DNA of 64,000 nucleotides from an uncultured Gammaproteobacteria bacterium (GTDB lineage Bacteria; Patescibacteriota; Patescibacteriia; UBA9570; XYC2-FULL-38-9): NCBI GenBank assembly GCA_964492735.1, contig CAZBLE010000002.1, positions 135 to 64,134 of the forward strand, read 5' to 3'. Shown piece by piece: positions 48,950 to 58,513 of this stretch (position 1 is its first letter; each line of letters starts with the position of its first letter). The notes under the pieces were generated by a model. It saw only the letters and a program-made list of their open reading frames with translations, ran no database searches and was not told where the DNA came from. The position numbers and the translations under genes were made by a program.

Positions 48950-51289
48950 TTAGAGTTTTTTGGATTTTAAACGGAGCGAGTTGCTGACTACAGATACGCT
49001 CGACATTGCCATCGCAAACCCGGCGAATACTGGATTCAACAGCCAGCCAAAGAATGGAAAGAAGAGTCCACTGGCGAGGGGAATGCCGATGATGTTATAG
49101 ACAAATGCCCAGAATAGATTTTGTCGAATACCACGCATCGTCATTTTTGATAAATGAATGGCTTTGACGAGCTTGCTGATATCACCCCCAAGGAGTGTGA
49201 TGCCCGCTGATTCAATCGCAACGTCTGTGCCAGTACTCATCGCAATGCCGACGTCAGCGCCTGCGAGTGCTGGAGCGTCATTCACGCCATCGCCAGCCAT
49301 TGCGACAATTGAACCATCTGCTTGTAACTCTTTAATTTTGTTCAGTTTGTCTTCTGGGAGAACATCAGCGATGACTTCATCAATTCCAGCGAGTTTCGCA
49401 ATGTAATCAGCCGTGCCTTGGTTGTCTCCGGTCAGCATGACGACGCGAATGCCAAGGGCGTGCAAGTCTTTGACGGCCTGCAGAGCAACTGGCTTGAGCG
49501 CGTCAGCAACCAAGGCGACTCCAAGCAGCTGCTCGCGCGTTGCTAAAAGAACAATGGTTTTTCCTTCGTGGCTGGCACGTTCGATTTTTTCTTCATCCAA
49601 TTTGACGCCAAGTTCGCGGATCATTTTTGGACTGCCAGCGAAATAGTCAACGCCGTTTATTGTTCCTTGTACTCCTTTGCCTTTGACTGCGATAAATTTT
49701 TCAAGAGCTGAAAGCTTTAGGTTTTTGTCTGCTGCTGCTTTCACAATCGCGCTGGCAATTGGGTGTTCAGATTTTGATTCTAAGCTCGCCAGTAATGTCA
49801 GTGCTGTGTCTTCTGAAATATCAGCTTGTGGATGGGTGTGAAAGTTAATGAGTTGTGGCTTGCCTTCTGTTAATGTTCCGGTTTTATCAACCACCACGAT
49901 TTTTGCATTGTGCAGTTTTTCGAGTGTTGCCGCATCTTTAATCAGAATCCCATTGCTCGCGCCTTTCCCAACCCCAACAATAATGGCAGTTGGAGTCGCC
50001 AAACCAAGTGCGCACGGACACGCAATTACCAACACACCAACAAATGAGACGAGGCCGTATGATAAGGCTTGTGCAAATTCAAGATATTGCGAGCCGATGA
50101 GTAACCAAGTAGCCAGTGTCACAAAGGCGATGACGACCACAATTGGAACAAACACGCCTGAAACTCTATCTGCTAAACCTTGAATTGGTGCACGACTGGA
50201 TTGCGCGTCTTGCACCATTTGAATGATATGGGCGAGCAAGGTTTCCGAGCCGACTTTGGTGGCTTTGAATGTAAACGCGCCGCTGGTGTTGATTGTGCCT
50301 GCAACAACCACATCACCGGTTTTTTTCGACACTGGATTTGGTTCGCCGCTGACCATTGATTCGTCAATGTAGGATTCGCCTTCAGTAATCACACCATCAA
50401 CCGGAATTTTTCCAGCTGGTTTCACGATAATCAGGTCGCCATGCACGACGTCATTGATTGATACTTCGACTTCTTTGCCGTCACGAATCACTAGTGCAGT
50501 TTTGGCTTGTAATTCTAATAATTTTTCAATTGCGTCACCAGTTTTGAGTTTTGATTGGGCTTCGAGATATTTTCCGAGCGTGATAAACGCAATGACGACG
50601 ATTGTTACGTCATAATATGTATGTTCAACATCGAGATAGGGCCGCAAGCTGTCTTCAAAGGCGGTTAATACAAAGCTATAAATGAAGGCTGATAAGGTTC
50701 CGATGCCAATTAACGAATCCATGTTGGCTTTGCCATAGCGTAGAAACCGGTAGGCCCCGAGTAAATACGGTTTGCCGACAACAAATAATGTGTAGGTCGC
50801 AAAAATCGGGAGGAGATGATGAAAAAATTCGCGCCAAATATGCGGCATGTCCGGCGCAAGGTTGAATTGCATCAGCGCGTCCCAGGTCATAACAAAAACA
50901 CTGAACACGGCGAGTGGAATGAGCGAGAACAGTGTGTTTTTGAAAGCTTGTAGCTCGGCAATTTTTTCTTGTTTGGATTGTTTTGCTCCAGTGTGTGCTG
51001 CATGTTCGTTTGCTGACATACCCATATCAGCGGCAGACATGGCATGATCCATTACTGGAGCTGTTGGTAGCTCTAGAGAATAGCCAAGTGGTTTGAGTGA
51101 TTCAGATAATTTTTCTGGTGTTGTTTTGGTAGCGTCAAAATCAACCTTTACCGTTTCCGTTCCATAATTCGCTTCTGCACTCGCAACGCCATCGATTTTC
51201 TTAAACGTTTTTTCAATATTGACCGCACAGGACGCGCAGTGCATGCCTTTGACAGCAAACGTTTGTGGTTTTGAGTCGGGCATGTTCAT
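48950..51289 (-). CDS. copA: Copper-translocating P1B-type ATPase
   Basis: N-terminal HMA GMHCASCAV; TM CPC motif ACPCALGLATP; phosphorylation site VVDKTGTLTEG; MLTGDN; GDGVNDAPAL. Confidence 0.9.
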   Translation of the reverse strand: MNMPDSKPQTFAVKGMHCASCAVNIEKTFKKIDGVASAEANYGTETVKVDFDATKTTPEKLSESLKPLGYSLELPTAPVMDHAMSAADMGMSANEHAAHTGAKQSKQEKIAELQAFKNTLFSLIPLAVFSVFVMTWDALMQFNLAPDMPHIWREFFHHLLPIFATYTLFVVGKPYLLGAYRFLRYGKANMDSLIGIGTLSAFIYSFVLTAFEDSLRPYLDVEHTYYDVTIVVIAFITLGKYLEAQSKLKTGDAIEKLLELQAKTALVIRDGKEVEVSINDVVHGDLIIVKPAGKIPVDGVITEGESYIDESMVSGEPNPVSKKTGDVVVAGTINTSGAFTFKATKVGSETLLAHIIQMVQDAQSSRAPIQGLADRVSGVFVPIVVVIAFVTLATWLLIGSQYLEFAQALSYGLVSFVGVLVIACPCALGLATPTAIIVGVGKGASNGILIKDAATLEKLHNAKIVVVDKTGTLTEGKPQLINFHTHPQADISEDTALTLLASLESKSEHPIASAIVKAAADKNLKLSALEKFIAVKGKGVQGTINGVDYFAGSPKMIRELGVKLDEEKIERASHEGKTIVLLATREQLLGVALVADALKPVALQAVKDLHALGIRVVMLTGDNQGTADYIAKLAGIDEVIADVLPEDKLNKIKELQADGSIVAMAGDGVNDAPALAGADVGIAMSTGTDVAIESAGITLLGGDISKLVKAIHLSKMTMRGIRQNLFWAFVYNIIGIPLASGLFFPFFGWLLNPVFAGFAMAMSSVSVVSNSLRLKSKKL

Positions 51290-51293
51290 AGGT

Positions 51294-51566
51294 TTATTTA
51301 CGTTTTAAACGATAGACTGTGAGAATCTCTTCAATGGCCTTTTTTTCTTTCCCGCTTTTCATCTGATTAACAACGCAGGTGCTGAGGTGGTTTTCCATTA
51401 AGATATCCTCCGCGCTCGACAAGCCTTGTTTCACTGCTGATGTTTGCGTGATAACATCAATGCAGTAGACATCTTTTTCAATCATGTCTTGGAGTCCGCG
51501 CACTTGTCCTTCAAGGATTTTTAAACGCCGCAGAATTTTGGCTTTGTGTGGGTTGTGGTGAGTCAT
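51294..51566 (-). CDS. csoR: CsoR-family copper-sensing transcriptional repressor
   Basis: The 90-aa protein has YCIDVITQTSAVKQGL...LMENHLSTCV; the C-x28-H-x3-C spacing fits the CsoR Cu(I) ligand pattern. Confidence 0.8.
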   Translation of the reverse strand: MTHHNPHKAKILRRLKILEGQVRGLQDMIEKDVYCIDVITQTSAVKQGLSSAEDILMENHLSTCVVNQMKSGKEKKAIEEILTVYRLKRK

Positions 51567-51576
51567 AGGATTTGAC

Positions 51577-51595
51577 TATACCCCCGGGGGGTATA
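51577..51595. promoter_or_regulatory. Candidate CsoR operator: a GC-core palindrome between csoR-copA and the divergent nirK-like gene
   Basis: TATACCCCCGGGGGGTATA is a near-perfect inverted repeat, 10 nt upstream of the csoR start codon. Confidence 0.6.
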
Positions 51596-51696
51596 TACTG
51601 TCAACAGATTGATTTTGTGACGGTATTTTTTAAAAAAGAGCAGGAGCAGTTTCATGCCAGGGCGCAGATTGTTCGTGAGCTCGCACTAAAAAAATT

Positions 51697-52824
51697 ATGA
51701 CTAAAAATGTTATGGAATATTCCAAATGGAAGCGCGGCATTTTGTTATTGATTCTTGGAATCGTTATTGCGTTCACATATCACAGCATTCGGTATTATCC
51801 ATTGCATTTTGCGATGCCACCGACGATGCATTCGTATGCACCTGGATACATGCCGGCTTCAATTCCGTTTCACAGTATGACGGGTTTCTTGTCGCACTAT
51901 CGAGATTTTGAACGCGTTAAAGACATTGGCGCTGATCCAAATGCCGTGCCCCAGACTGTGACGGAGCCTGGCGCGGATGGTGTGGTTCATCTTGAGCTGA
52001 CAACGAAAGAAGTGATCGCTGAAATCGCTGATGGTATTTCATATAATTATTGGACGTATAATGGCCAAGTGCCGGGTCCATTTTTACGCGTCAAGCAGGG
52101 TGATACAGTTGAAGTGAAACTCCATAATGACATAACCAGCCTCCATTCACATAATATTGATTTACATGCAGTGACTGGACCGGGTGGTGGAGCGGCTGCT
52201 ACAACAGCAGCGCCAGGTGAAACCAAATCGTTTCAGTGGAAGGCTTTGAATCCAGGAATGTATGTCTATCATTGCGCAACACCGAATGTTAGTACACATA
52301 ATTCGCACGGACAGTATGGCTTGATTTTAGTTGAACCACCAGAAGGTTTCGCTACGGTCGATAAAGAATTCTATGTGATGCAAGGTGAGCTGTATACGAC
52401 TGGTCGAATTGGCAAAAAAGGTTTTCAGTTGTTTGATTCTAAGGGGTTGATTGCAGAAAGTCCGACCTACGTGCCATTCAACGGTCGCATTGAAACTACA
52501 CCGCGGATGCACGCTGCGGTTGGCGATCGGATTCGGATGTATGTTGGGAATGGCGGTGTATCGTTGGTGTCATCATTTCATGTGATTGGGGAGATTTTTG
52601 ATGTCGTGTATCCAGAGGGTGCGATTGGTTCTGCGTCGTTGCATAATGTGCAAACCACGGCTGTGTTGCCAGGTGGCGCGACGATTGTAGAGTTTACTGT
52701 CGATGTTCCGGGGAAATATATATTGGTTGATCATGCGCTTGCCCGAATGAATAAAGGTGCTTGGGCCGTGCTTGAAGTCAGTGGACCGGAGAATCCCGAA
52801 ATATTTAATTCATCACCACAATAA
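51697..52824 (+). CDS. Copper-containing nitrite reductase family (NirK-like) two-domain cupredoxin oxidoreductase
   Basis: HSHNIDLHAVTGPGGG matches the NirK HNxDxHAxTGxxGG type-2 Cu motif. YVYHCATPNVSTH has the type-1 Cys/His ligands. The usual axial Met position appears occupied by Gln (HGQYG). N-terminal TM anchor present. Confidence 0.6.
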   Translation: MTKNVMEYSKWKRGILLLILGIVIAFTYHSIRYYPLHFAMPPTMHSYAPGYMPASIPFHSMTGFLSHYRDFERVKDIGADPNAVPQTVTEPGADGVVHLELTTKEVIAEIADGISYNYWTYNGQVPGPFLRVKQGDTVEVKLHNDITSLHSHNIDLHAVTGPGGGAAATTAAPGETKSFQWKALNPGMYVYHCATPNVSTHNSHGQYGLILVEPPEGFATVDKEFYVMQGELYTTGRIGKKGFQLFDSKGLIAESPTYVPFNGRIETTPRMHAAVGDRIRMYVGNGGVSLVSSFHVIGEIFDVVYPEGAIGSASLHNVQTTAVLPGGATIVEFTVDVPGKYILVDHALARMNKGAWAVLEVSGPENPEIFNSSPQ

Positions 52825-52830
52825 AATTGT

Positions 52831-53760
52831 ATGCATAATCGAACGCCGCATGTTGCAATCATTGGTGCTGGGAACGTTGGCGCAACCACAGCTTTTGCGC
52901 TGTTAATGGATGGTGTCGCACGTCATATTTCGTTGATTGATATTCACAAAGAAAAACTTGAAGGAGAAGCGATGGATCTGGAGCATGGGATGCAGTTTGT
53001 TTTGGGGGCGGATATCACCTACAGCACAACCTATGAGGGAATTGAAGACGCGGATATTGTTGTTATCACTGCCGGCGCGCCACAAAAAAATGGCCAGTCA
53101 CGTCGTGAGTTAGTGGATGTGAATGCGGCGATTATCACCGAGATCGTTGAGCAAATTGTTGCACGAAATACGAAATGTATAGTACTTGTGGTGACAAATC
53201 CAGTTGATGTTCTGACAACAATCGCGCAGCAGGTATCTGGTTTTCCACCAGAACGCGTGATTGGTTCTGGAACAATTTTGGACACCGCACGGTTTCGCTA
53301 TTATCTCGGTGAGTATTTTGGCGTGCATCCGAATACTGTCCATGCATACATGTTGGGAGAGCATGGTGATTCAGAATTTTCAGCCTGGTCATCTGCGACA
53401 CTTGGTGGACTGAGCTTGCAAGATCATCCAAAATGGAATGATGCAGCAATGGAAGATATTGCAGACAAAACTCGTAATGCAGCATATGAAATTATTAGCC
53501 GTAAAGGCTCAACGTATTATGCTATTGCGTTATCGGTTGCTCGATTGTGTCGATCAATTTTGAATGACAGTGAAACTATTTTGCCGGTTTCGACGGTATT
53601 GAATGAGTATTACGGGGTGAGTGATGTGGCACTGAGTGTGCCGACTGTGATTCGACGCAGCGGAGCGTTTGTTGATTTTGTCACGTCACTATCTAAAAAA
53701 GAGCAGGAGCAATTTCATGCGAGCGCACGAATTATTCACGAGTTGCTACCAAGTGCGTAG
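52831..53760 (+). CDS. ldh: L-lactate dehydrogenase (LDH/MDH superfamily)
   Basis: VAIIGAGNVGATTAF NAD-binding motif; ITAGAPQKNGQSRRELV; catalytic-loop region GEHGDS. Confidence 0.8.
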   Translation: MHNRTPHVAIIGAGNVGATTAFALLMDGVARHISLIDIHKEKLEGEAMDLEHGMQFVLGADITYSTTYEGIEDADIVVITAGAPQKNGQSRRELVDVNAAIITEIVEQIVARNTKCIVLVVTNPVDVLTTIAQQVSGFPPERVIGSGTILDTARFRYYLGEYFGVHPNTVHAYMLGEHGDSEFSAWSSATLGGLSLQDHPKWNDAAMEDIADKTRNAAYEIISRKGSTYYAIALSVARLCRSILNDSETILPVSTVLNEYYGVSDVALSVPTVIRRSGAFVDFVTSLSKKEQEQFHASARIIHELLPSA

Positions 53761-54144
53761 TTAGGCTTTAATTTTTTTGGTTTTTTTGACGTCCAATTCC
53801 GCGGCCTTCATTTTAATGATTTTTGTAATGAGGGTGATTGGAAGTTTTTGATCATGAGCAAATTGAACAGATCCTTTGGCGTGTTTATATGGCGCGAGTT
53901 CGGTTGCAAACGCTGCAATGCCAGCCGGAGTTGGATAGAGGCCGATATGTTTTTTGAAACCACCAAAATAGACAAATGGTTTGCCGTTGAGTTTGTAGCC
54001 AATCATGCCGTAGCTGATCGATTCTTCTGCTTTTGGTGCGATTTTTTTGACTGCCGCGCGCAGAGCTTTTAAGCGTTTTGCAGACTCAGTTTCAAAGTCT
54101 GCGATATAGGATTGAACGGTTTGTTTTTTTGATGATTGTTTCAT
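53761..54144 (-). CDS. DUF1801/YdhG-like domain protein
   Basis: The 127-aa protein resembles the YdhG/DUF1801 fold (ISYGMIGYKLNGKPFVYFGGFKKHIGLYP). Confidence 0.5.
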   Translation of the reverse strand: MKQSSKKQTVQSYIADFETESAKRLKALRAAVKKIAPKAEESISYGMIGYKLNGKPFVYFGGFKKHIGLYPTPAGIAAFATELAPYKHAKGSVQFAHDQKLPITLITKIIKMKAAELDVKKTKKIKA

Positions 54145-54241
54145 GCCGTAATAATAATATAAATAAAATAGGAATGCTAATTAGAGTTTTTTTGTTGCGA
54201 CGGGTTTGATTATCGGTGCGTTGTAAATTCGATATAAGCAA

Positions 54242-55513
54242 TTATTTTTCGTCGAGCGTTTTGTGGAGTTGTCGAAATGAATAGAGAAGAAAGAGTTGCA
54301 AGAGCGTGGCAAATAATAATCCGAAGCGGAGGACTTCCTCGCCGTATGAAGCGTAGAGAAAAAAACAAATCAGAAGGGTGATGATTCGACCACTATTGAG
54401 ATAGACTTCTCTGTCTAAAATATACCGGTATCGTCGGTTGTCGCTCGCAACTTTTTGGTCAATAACTTCATAGACTACGGCCATAATTGAAGACCAGCGA
54501 AAAATGACAACCAGACCACTGAGTAAAAAGCTGATAATCAGCGCCCAGGGTGTATAAAAAACTGCAAAGAGTCCATACCCGAGCGAGGTGATTGCAACCC
54601 ACGCAGCGACAATCCACAAATGATCAGATCGTTTAATGCGTTTTCCAAGAACGTACAGCATTACAGCCCCGAGAATAGAGGTCACTGCTTCAACTGTTCC
54701 AATCGCATTTTCTTCTCCGAGAAATAACAAAATAAGCATGAGCGGGATAAAGCCTGTAACACCCTCAATGGCCCCATTGAAAAATTCAACAACCCGTAAA
54801 TGGTTCCAGTCGCGAGATGTTTTCCAGAAAAAGAAATCAGTGCGATGGAGTTTCGCTGTTGTGGGTTCTTCATCGATATTGCGAATCACAAAACCAGACC
54901 ACGCAAGAATCAGCGCGCCAATGACTGCAAAGATTTGATAGATAACTGTACTGGAAGTGACGTCCCAGCGTATAAGTAGAACAATGGACCAGCCAATTAG
55001 CAGGGGCAGTAGAAAATCGAATAGTGTTCCAAGAGAAGATTCAAGACTCATGAATTGAAAGCGGTTGGGGCCGGCGGTAATGTGCGATGTGATGCTATTG
55101 CGGTTCGCCCAATAGAATCCACCGCCAACGCCATTGAGCATGCCGAAGAAAAAAATGTACGGCAAAAATTGCTCTGTCCCGCCAATAAAAATAAAGAAGA
55201 GAGGAAAGACTCCTTGAAGAATTGCCCCGGCTAAAAATAGTTTTTTGATAGAAAACCAACGCATCAAGACGCCATTGAGATAAAATGCCAGCATTATACC
55301 GACATAAAATCCAATGGTATTTTGAAGCATTAATTGCGGGTCACGAGATTGTCGCCAGATGAATGCATTAAGGTAAATAAAAATAAATGGCCCTGCGAGC
55401 GTGAATAGCAAAAAAGAGTAGAGGAGTGATCGTTGGTCGACAGTGAGTCGCGCGAGATAGGCTCGTTCACGTTCAATAAACTGACTGATACGGTGAAACA
55501 TAATCCCACTCAA
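54242..55513 (-). CDS. MFS transporter
   Basis: 12 TM helices, 423 aa. Confidence 0.6.
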   Translation of the reverse strand: MSGIMFHRISQFIERERAYLARLTVDQRSLLYSFLLFTLAGPFIFIYLNAFIWRQSRDPQLMLQNTIGFYVGIMLAFYLNGVLMRWFSIKKLFLAGAILQGVFPLFFIFIGGTEQFLPYIFFFGMLNGVGGGFYWANRNSITSHITAGPNRFQFMSLESSLGTLFDFLLPLLIGWSIVLLIRWDVTSSTVIYQIFAVIGALILAWSGFVIRNIDEEPTTAKLHRTDFFFWKTSRDWNHLRVVEFFNGAIEGVTGFIPLMLILLFLGEENAIGTVEAVTSILGAVMLYVLGKRIKRSDHLWIVAAWVAITSLGYGLFAVFYTPWALIISFLLSGLVVIFRWSSIMAVVYEVIDQKVASDNRRYRYILDREVYLNSGRIITLLICFFLYASYGEEVLRFGLLFATLLQLFLLYSFRQLHKTLDEK

Positions 55514-55536
55514 AGAATGATTATCGTGTGTTGTAT

Positions 55537-55623
55537 GCGGAGAGACAGGGATTCGAACCCTGGGATCCCGTAAAGGATCGACAGTTTAGTAAACTGTTGC
55601 TTTCGACCACTCAGCCATCTCTC
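55537..55623 (-). tRNA. Type II (long variable arm) tRNA-Ser-like gene whose anticodon loop reads ACU; no encoded CCA
   Basis: Reverse complement: GGAGAGATGGCTGAGTGGTCGAAAGCAACAGTTTACTAAACTGTCGATCCTTTACGGGATCCCAGGGTTCGAATCCCTGTCTCTCCG. It has a Ser-like D-arm, a long variable arm and a G73 discriminator. The anticodon stem ACAGT/ACTGT closes the loop TTACTAA, so positions 34-36 are ACT rather than the expected GCT. Confidence 0.55.
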
Positions 55624-55679
55624 CAAGTGCGTAGTCCTCGTATGCTAGCAAACTCTTGCAAAAACGGCTAGTGAGCTGT

Positions 55680-56999
55680 TTATTTTGTTAGATATTGTTG
55701 GGATAGCGTTGTATAAAACCGTGAACGCATAACGAGTAGCGTGACACATAATCCAATGATTCCAGTTAGTGTGAAGATGAGCGCCATGCCACGATCTGGG
55801 CCGGTTCCAAACCACGAGCCAATCAGGTCGACGCCCGCGCCAGTTGTCATAAACGGCATAAAGATAAATTGAGCAATCGGGCCAATGAAAAATGCAGTCA
55901 GCGGAGAGGCTGATTGTTCCAGGCTTTGTGCAAATCCAAACACGCGACCTTGCCGCTCTTTCGGAACCACTTTTTGGATAATTGTTTGCTCGCAGGCTTC
56001 AAGAAATGGCACGAGTGACATATAGAAAAACATGCCGACGGTTAATAAAATAATCGACGCTTGAATTGCAAATAGCGCGCAGATAATCCACAGAACAATA
56101 TTTGCGAGAAATAATGTGCGCAATGGATTTTTTCCAAGACCAAATTTTGCAATCACTCCACCGCCAACTAACAGCCCAAGACTGAGAAAGCCCCATAAAA
56201 ATCCCCAGGTTTCCACAGAGACAAGCGATAGGCCATACGGGTCCATTAGCGACATGAAGACGCCACCAAGAAAATTATTAAAGGTTGCAAATAAGAGTAA
56301 TGAAAATAATCCGGGAATTTGTCGAATCGCCTTCAGTGTTCCGCGGATGTCGATTTTCTTTCCATCTACAGCATCTTCTTCATGTGGGAGATGGGCGATT
56401 CCGTTCTCTGGAATTTCAATAAACAATAAATGGATAATGACAATACTTGTGAGTACAATCGGTATGATGAGTGCATAGAACATTCCTCCCCATGCAACGA
56501 GCACGCCGCTGATCACAGAGACAATTAAAAATGCAACTCCAGAGGCAGAGCCGATCAAGCCATTGGCTTTATCTCGCTTGTCAGGAGGAAAGAGAATGGT
56601 GACGGTTGTAGACAGCGCGATATTGCGTAGGTTTCCTGCAAGAACGCCGCTGAGGAGCAAGAGGGCGAAGGCCCATAGCACAGGATTTTCAATCTGTTGA
56701 AATGTGTCTGCTGGTACGATTTGGTAGAGAATAAAACCAACAATATAAATCACAAGAGAGGCCGCGCTTGATCCGATCATGGTTGTTTTCTTTTTGTGAC
56801 GATCGACAATGCTGCCGAGCCAAAAGCCAGAAAATGCAGTGACAATGAGATAGAATCCAGCAAGAATGGATGTTGAAAGAACTGATTGTGTTTGTAGGTA
56901 GACAAAATAGGTGAGCGCAAACCAAACAGTGAAATTGGTGATGGTGGCAATAATCGTGTTTACCAGCAGGTTGTAAAATATAGTTTGAGATTTTTTCAT
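55680..56999 (-). CDS. MFS transporter
   Basis: 12-14 TM helices, 439 aa. Confidence 0.6.
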   Translation of the reverse strand: MKKSQTIFYNLLVNTIIATITNFTVWFALTYFVYLQTQSVLSTSILAGFYLIVTAFSGFWLGSIVDRHKKKTTMIGSSAASLVIYIVGFILYQIVPADTFQQIENPVLWAFALLLLSGVLAGNLRNIALSTTVTILFPPDKRDKANGLIGSASGVAFLIVSVISGVLVAWGGMFYALIIPIVLTSIVIIHLLFIEIPENGIAHLPHEEDAVDGKKIDIRGTLKAIRQIPGLFSLLLFATFNNFLGGVFMSLMDPYGLSLVSVETWGFLWGFLSLGLLVGGGVIAKFGLGKNPLRTLFLANIVLWIICALFAIQASIILLTVGMFFYMSLVPFLEACEQTIIQKVVPKERQGRVFGFAQSLEQSASPLTAFFIGPIAQFIFMPFMTTGAGVDLIGSWFGTGPDRGMALIFTLTGIIGLCVTLLVMRSRFYTTLSQQYLTK

Positions 57000-57058
57000 T
57001 AAATGAATCCTATCAAGGAGTATGGATTTTTGCCAATAGAGTGTTCTTTGTTGTAACG

Positions 57059-57097
57059 AAAAATCCCCATGAAAGGGGATTTTTGAATGAGTGTGAG
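57059..57097. repeat. Direct repeat copy 1 (most degenerate): terminator hairpin AAAAATCCCCatgaaaGGGGATTTTT plus gaatgagtgtgag
   Basis: Same hairpin and trailing sequence as at 61274-61318 and 62042-62082. Confidence 0.7.
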
Positions 57098-57201
57098 TTA
57101 TGTTATTAAAAATGTAACCAATTTTTTTTGAACTACAAAAATTTATTGTTATCCCTTCGCAGAAATCGCAATAACCTCTAAGTTTAGATTTATATGAATT
57201 C

Positions 57202-57678
57202 TTAGCCTTCAGTAATTATTTCAAGTGGTAATTCAGCTACCTTCTTATAGGTATTATTATTGTCAGTTTTTATTTTAATGAGAAATTTATATAATCCAAA
57301 CTCAGCAATTATCGGTAAGCCTTCTACTCTTGCGATAGTTCTGGTTCTATTTTTCTCGCTATCTACCTTGATGTCATTTGCCATTGTTGCAATGATTTTG
57401 CCCTTTGGGCTTACTATTTCAATTTTCATTTTTAAAGCAGTTGAGCTCCTCACTTTATTATGTAGCCAAGATGATACGATAGTAAATCGGATTGGAAGAA
57501 TTACTGGCTTTTCGACCGAGCTCTGCTTGATAATTTTTTGTAGATTATCATTGTTCTTGGTCTCTATAGTCAGTAACTCAAGTGCGTTGTGTAATGAAAT
57601 ATTATTTGTTCTGGAGTCTACAACTGCATCATCGCAAACTACAGACCAGATATGTTGAATGTTTAATGTGTTAGGCAT
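57202..57678 (-). CDS. Hypothetical 158-aa protein, third gene of an AT-rich (~30% GC) operon with the HigB-like/XRE pair
   Basis: Overlaps the upstream XRE gene by 8 nt. No motif recognised. Confidence 0.45.
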   Translation of the reverse strand: MPNTLNIQHIWSVVCDDAVVDSRTNNISLHNALELLTIETKNNDNLQKIIKQSSVEKPVILPIRFTIVSSWLHNKVRSSTALKMKIEIVSPKGKIIATMANDIKVDSEKNRTRTIARVEGLPIIAEFGLYKFLIKIKTDNNNTYKKVAELPLEIITEG

Positions 57679-58135
57679 ATTGATGGAATTTTACTTGCTC
57701 TTTATTTGTGTTTTCCGTTGAAATTTTTACTTTATTAACTACGGTCACGGGCTTGCGAAAAATAAAAATGTTATCAAGCTCTATGGTGTTTTCGTTAAGC
57801 TGTATTTTTGTTATTTTTTGAACTTCTAATTCATATCTAGATTCAATCTCGTCCATGAAAGCAAATTTTGGAGCGATAAGATACGTGTCTAATGCATTAG
57901 CTAATTTGACTAACGTGCTTATACTAGGGAGTGTGCTGCCGTTCTCTAGCCGTGCTATAGCTGGTTGTTTAGTGCCTAATATTCTCGCAATATCTTCTTG
58001 ACTGAGGTTTTTTATGATTCTGGCCTCTATTAACATTTCAGCGATTCTTCCGCTAATATCACGAGATCTTTGTATTACAACCTTATTATAGTCCTTACGA
58101 TTTTTTATCAATTGATTGAATGTAGGTAATTTCAT
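57671..58135 (-). CDS. XRE-family HTH protein with a ~90-aa C-terminal extension (HigA-like antitoxin candidate)
   Basis: LSQEDIARILGTKQPAIARLENGSTLPSISTLVKLANAL is an XRE HTH. Its start overlaps the upstream toxin-like gene stop (ATGA). Confidence 0.65.
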   Translation of the reverse strand: MKLPTFNQLIKNRKDYNKVVIQRSRDISGRIAEMLIEARIIKNLSQEDIARILGTKQPAIARLENGSTLPSISTLVKLANALDTYLIAPKFAFMDEIESRYELEVQKITKIQLNENTIELDNIFIFRKPVTVVNKVKISTENTNKEQVKFHQYA

Positions 58136-58491
58136 AGGTTTAAACTAGTAATTCTTTCAAATGCCTTATTATACTCTCGCTTTAATGAGTTTTTTCCCTT
58201 CTCAACATAAGCATGAACTATTATTATTTTATTTGGCCCATATGGATTTTCGTTAGTTGTAAATAATAGTCGGTATTGCTTTTTTTGAGGCCCACTAACC
58301 TTTATCTCATAAAGAGGTGGTTTTTTTGAGTATCCCGCAACTTTTTCGAAATACTTGCTTTGCAAACAGTTTCCTAGAGGGTGTGTTGCCAGCTGACGCA
58401 GGCAAGTATCGGTGAGCTTTACACTAACCTTAGTGTCCCATTTACAGATATCATTTACAACTGCATCTATTATTTCTATTTCCGCGTACAT
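58132..58491 (-). CDS. RelE/ParE-superfamily toxin candidate (HigB/Gp49-like)
   Basis: PLYEIKVSGPQKKQYRLLFTTNENPYGPNKIIIVHAYVEKGKNSLKREYNKAFERI resembles the Gp49/HigB core. Toxin upstream of an XRE antitoxin is the HigBA gene order. Confidence 0.55.
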   Translation of the reverse strand: MYAEIEIIDAVVNDICKWDTKVSVKLTDTCLRQLATHPLGNCLQSKYFEKVAGYSKKPPLYEIKVSGPQKKQYRLLFTTNENPYGPNKIIIVHAYVEKGKNSLKREYNKAFERITSLNL

Positions 58492-58513
58492 TTTTTGTTT
58501 GCTTCATATATAT

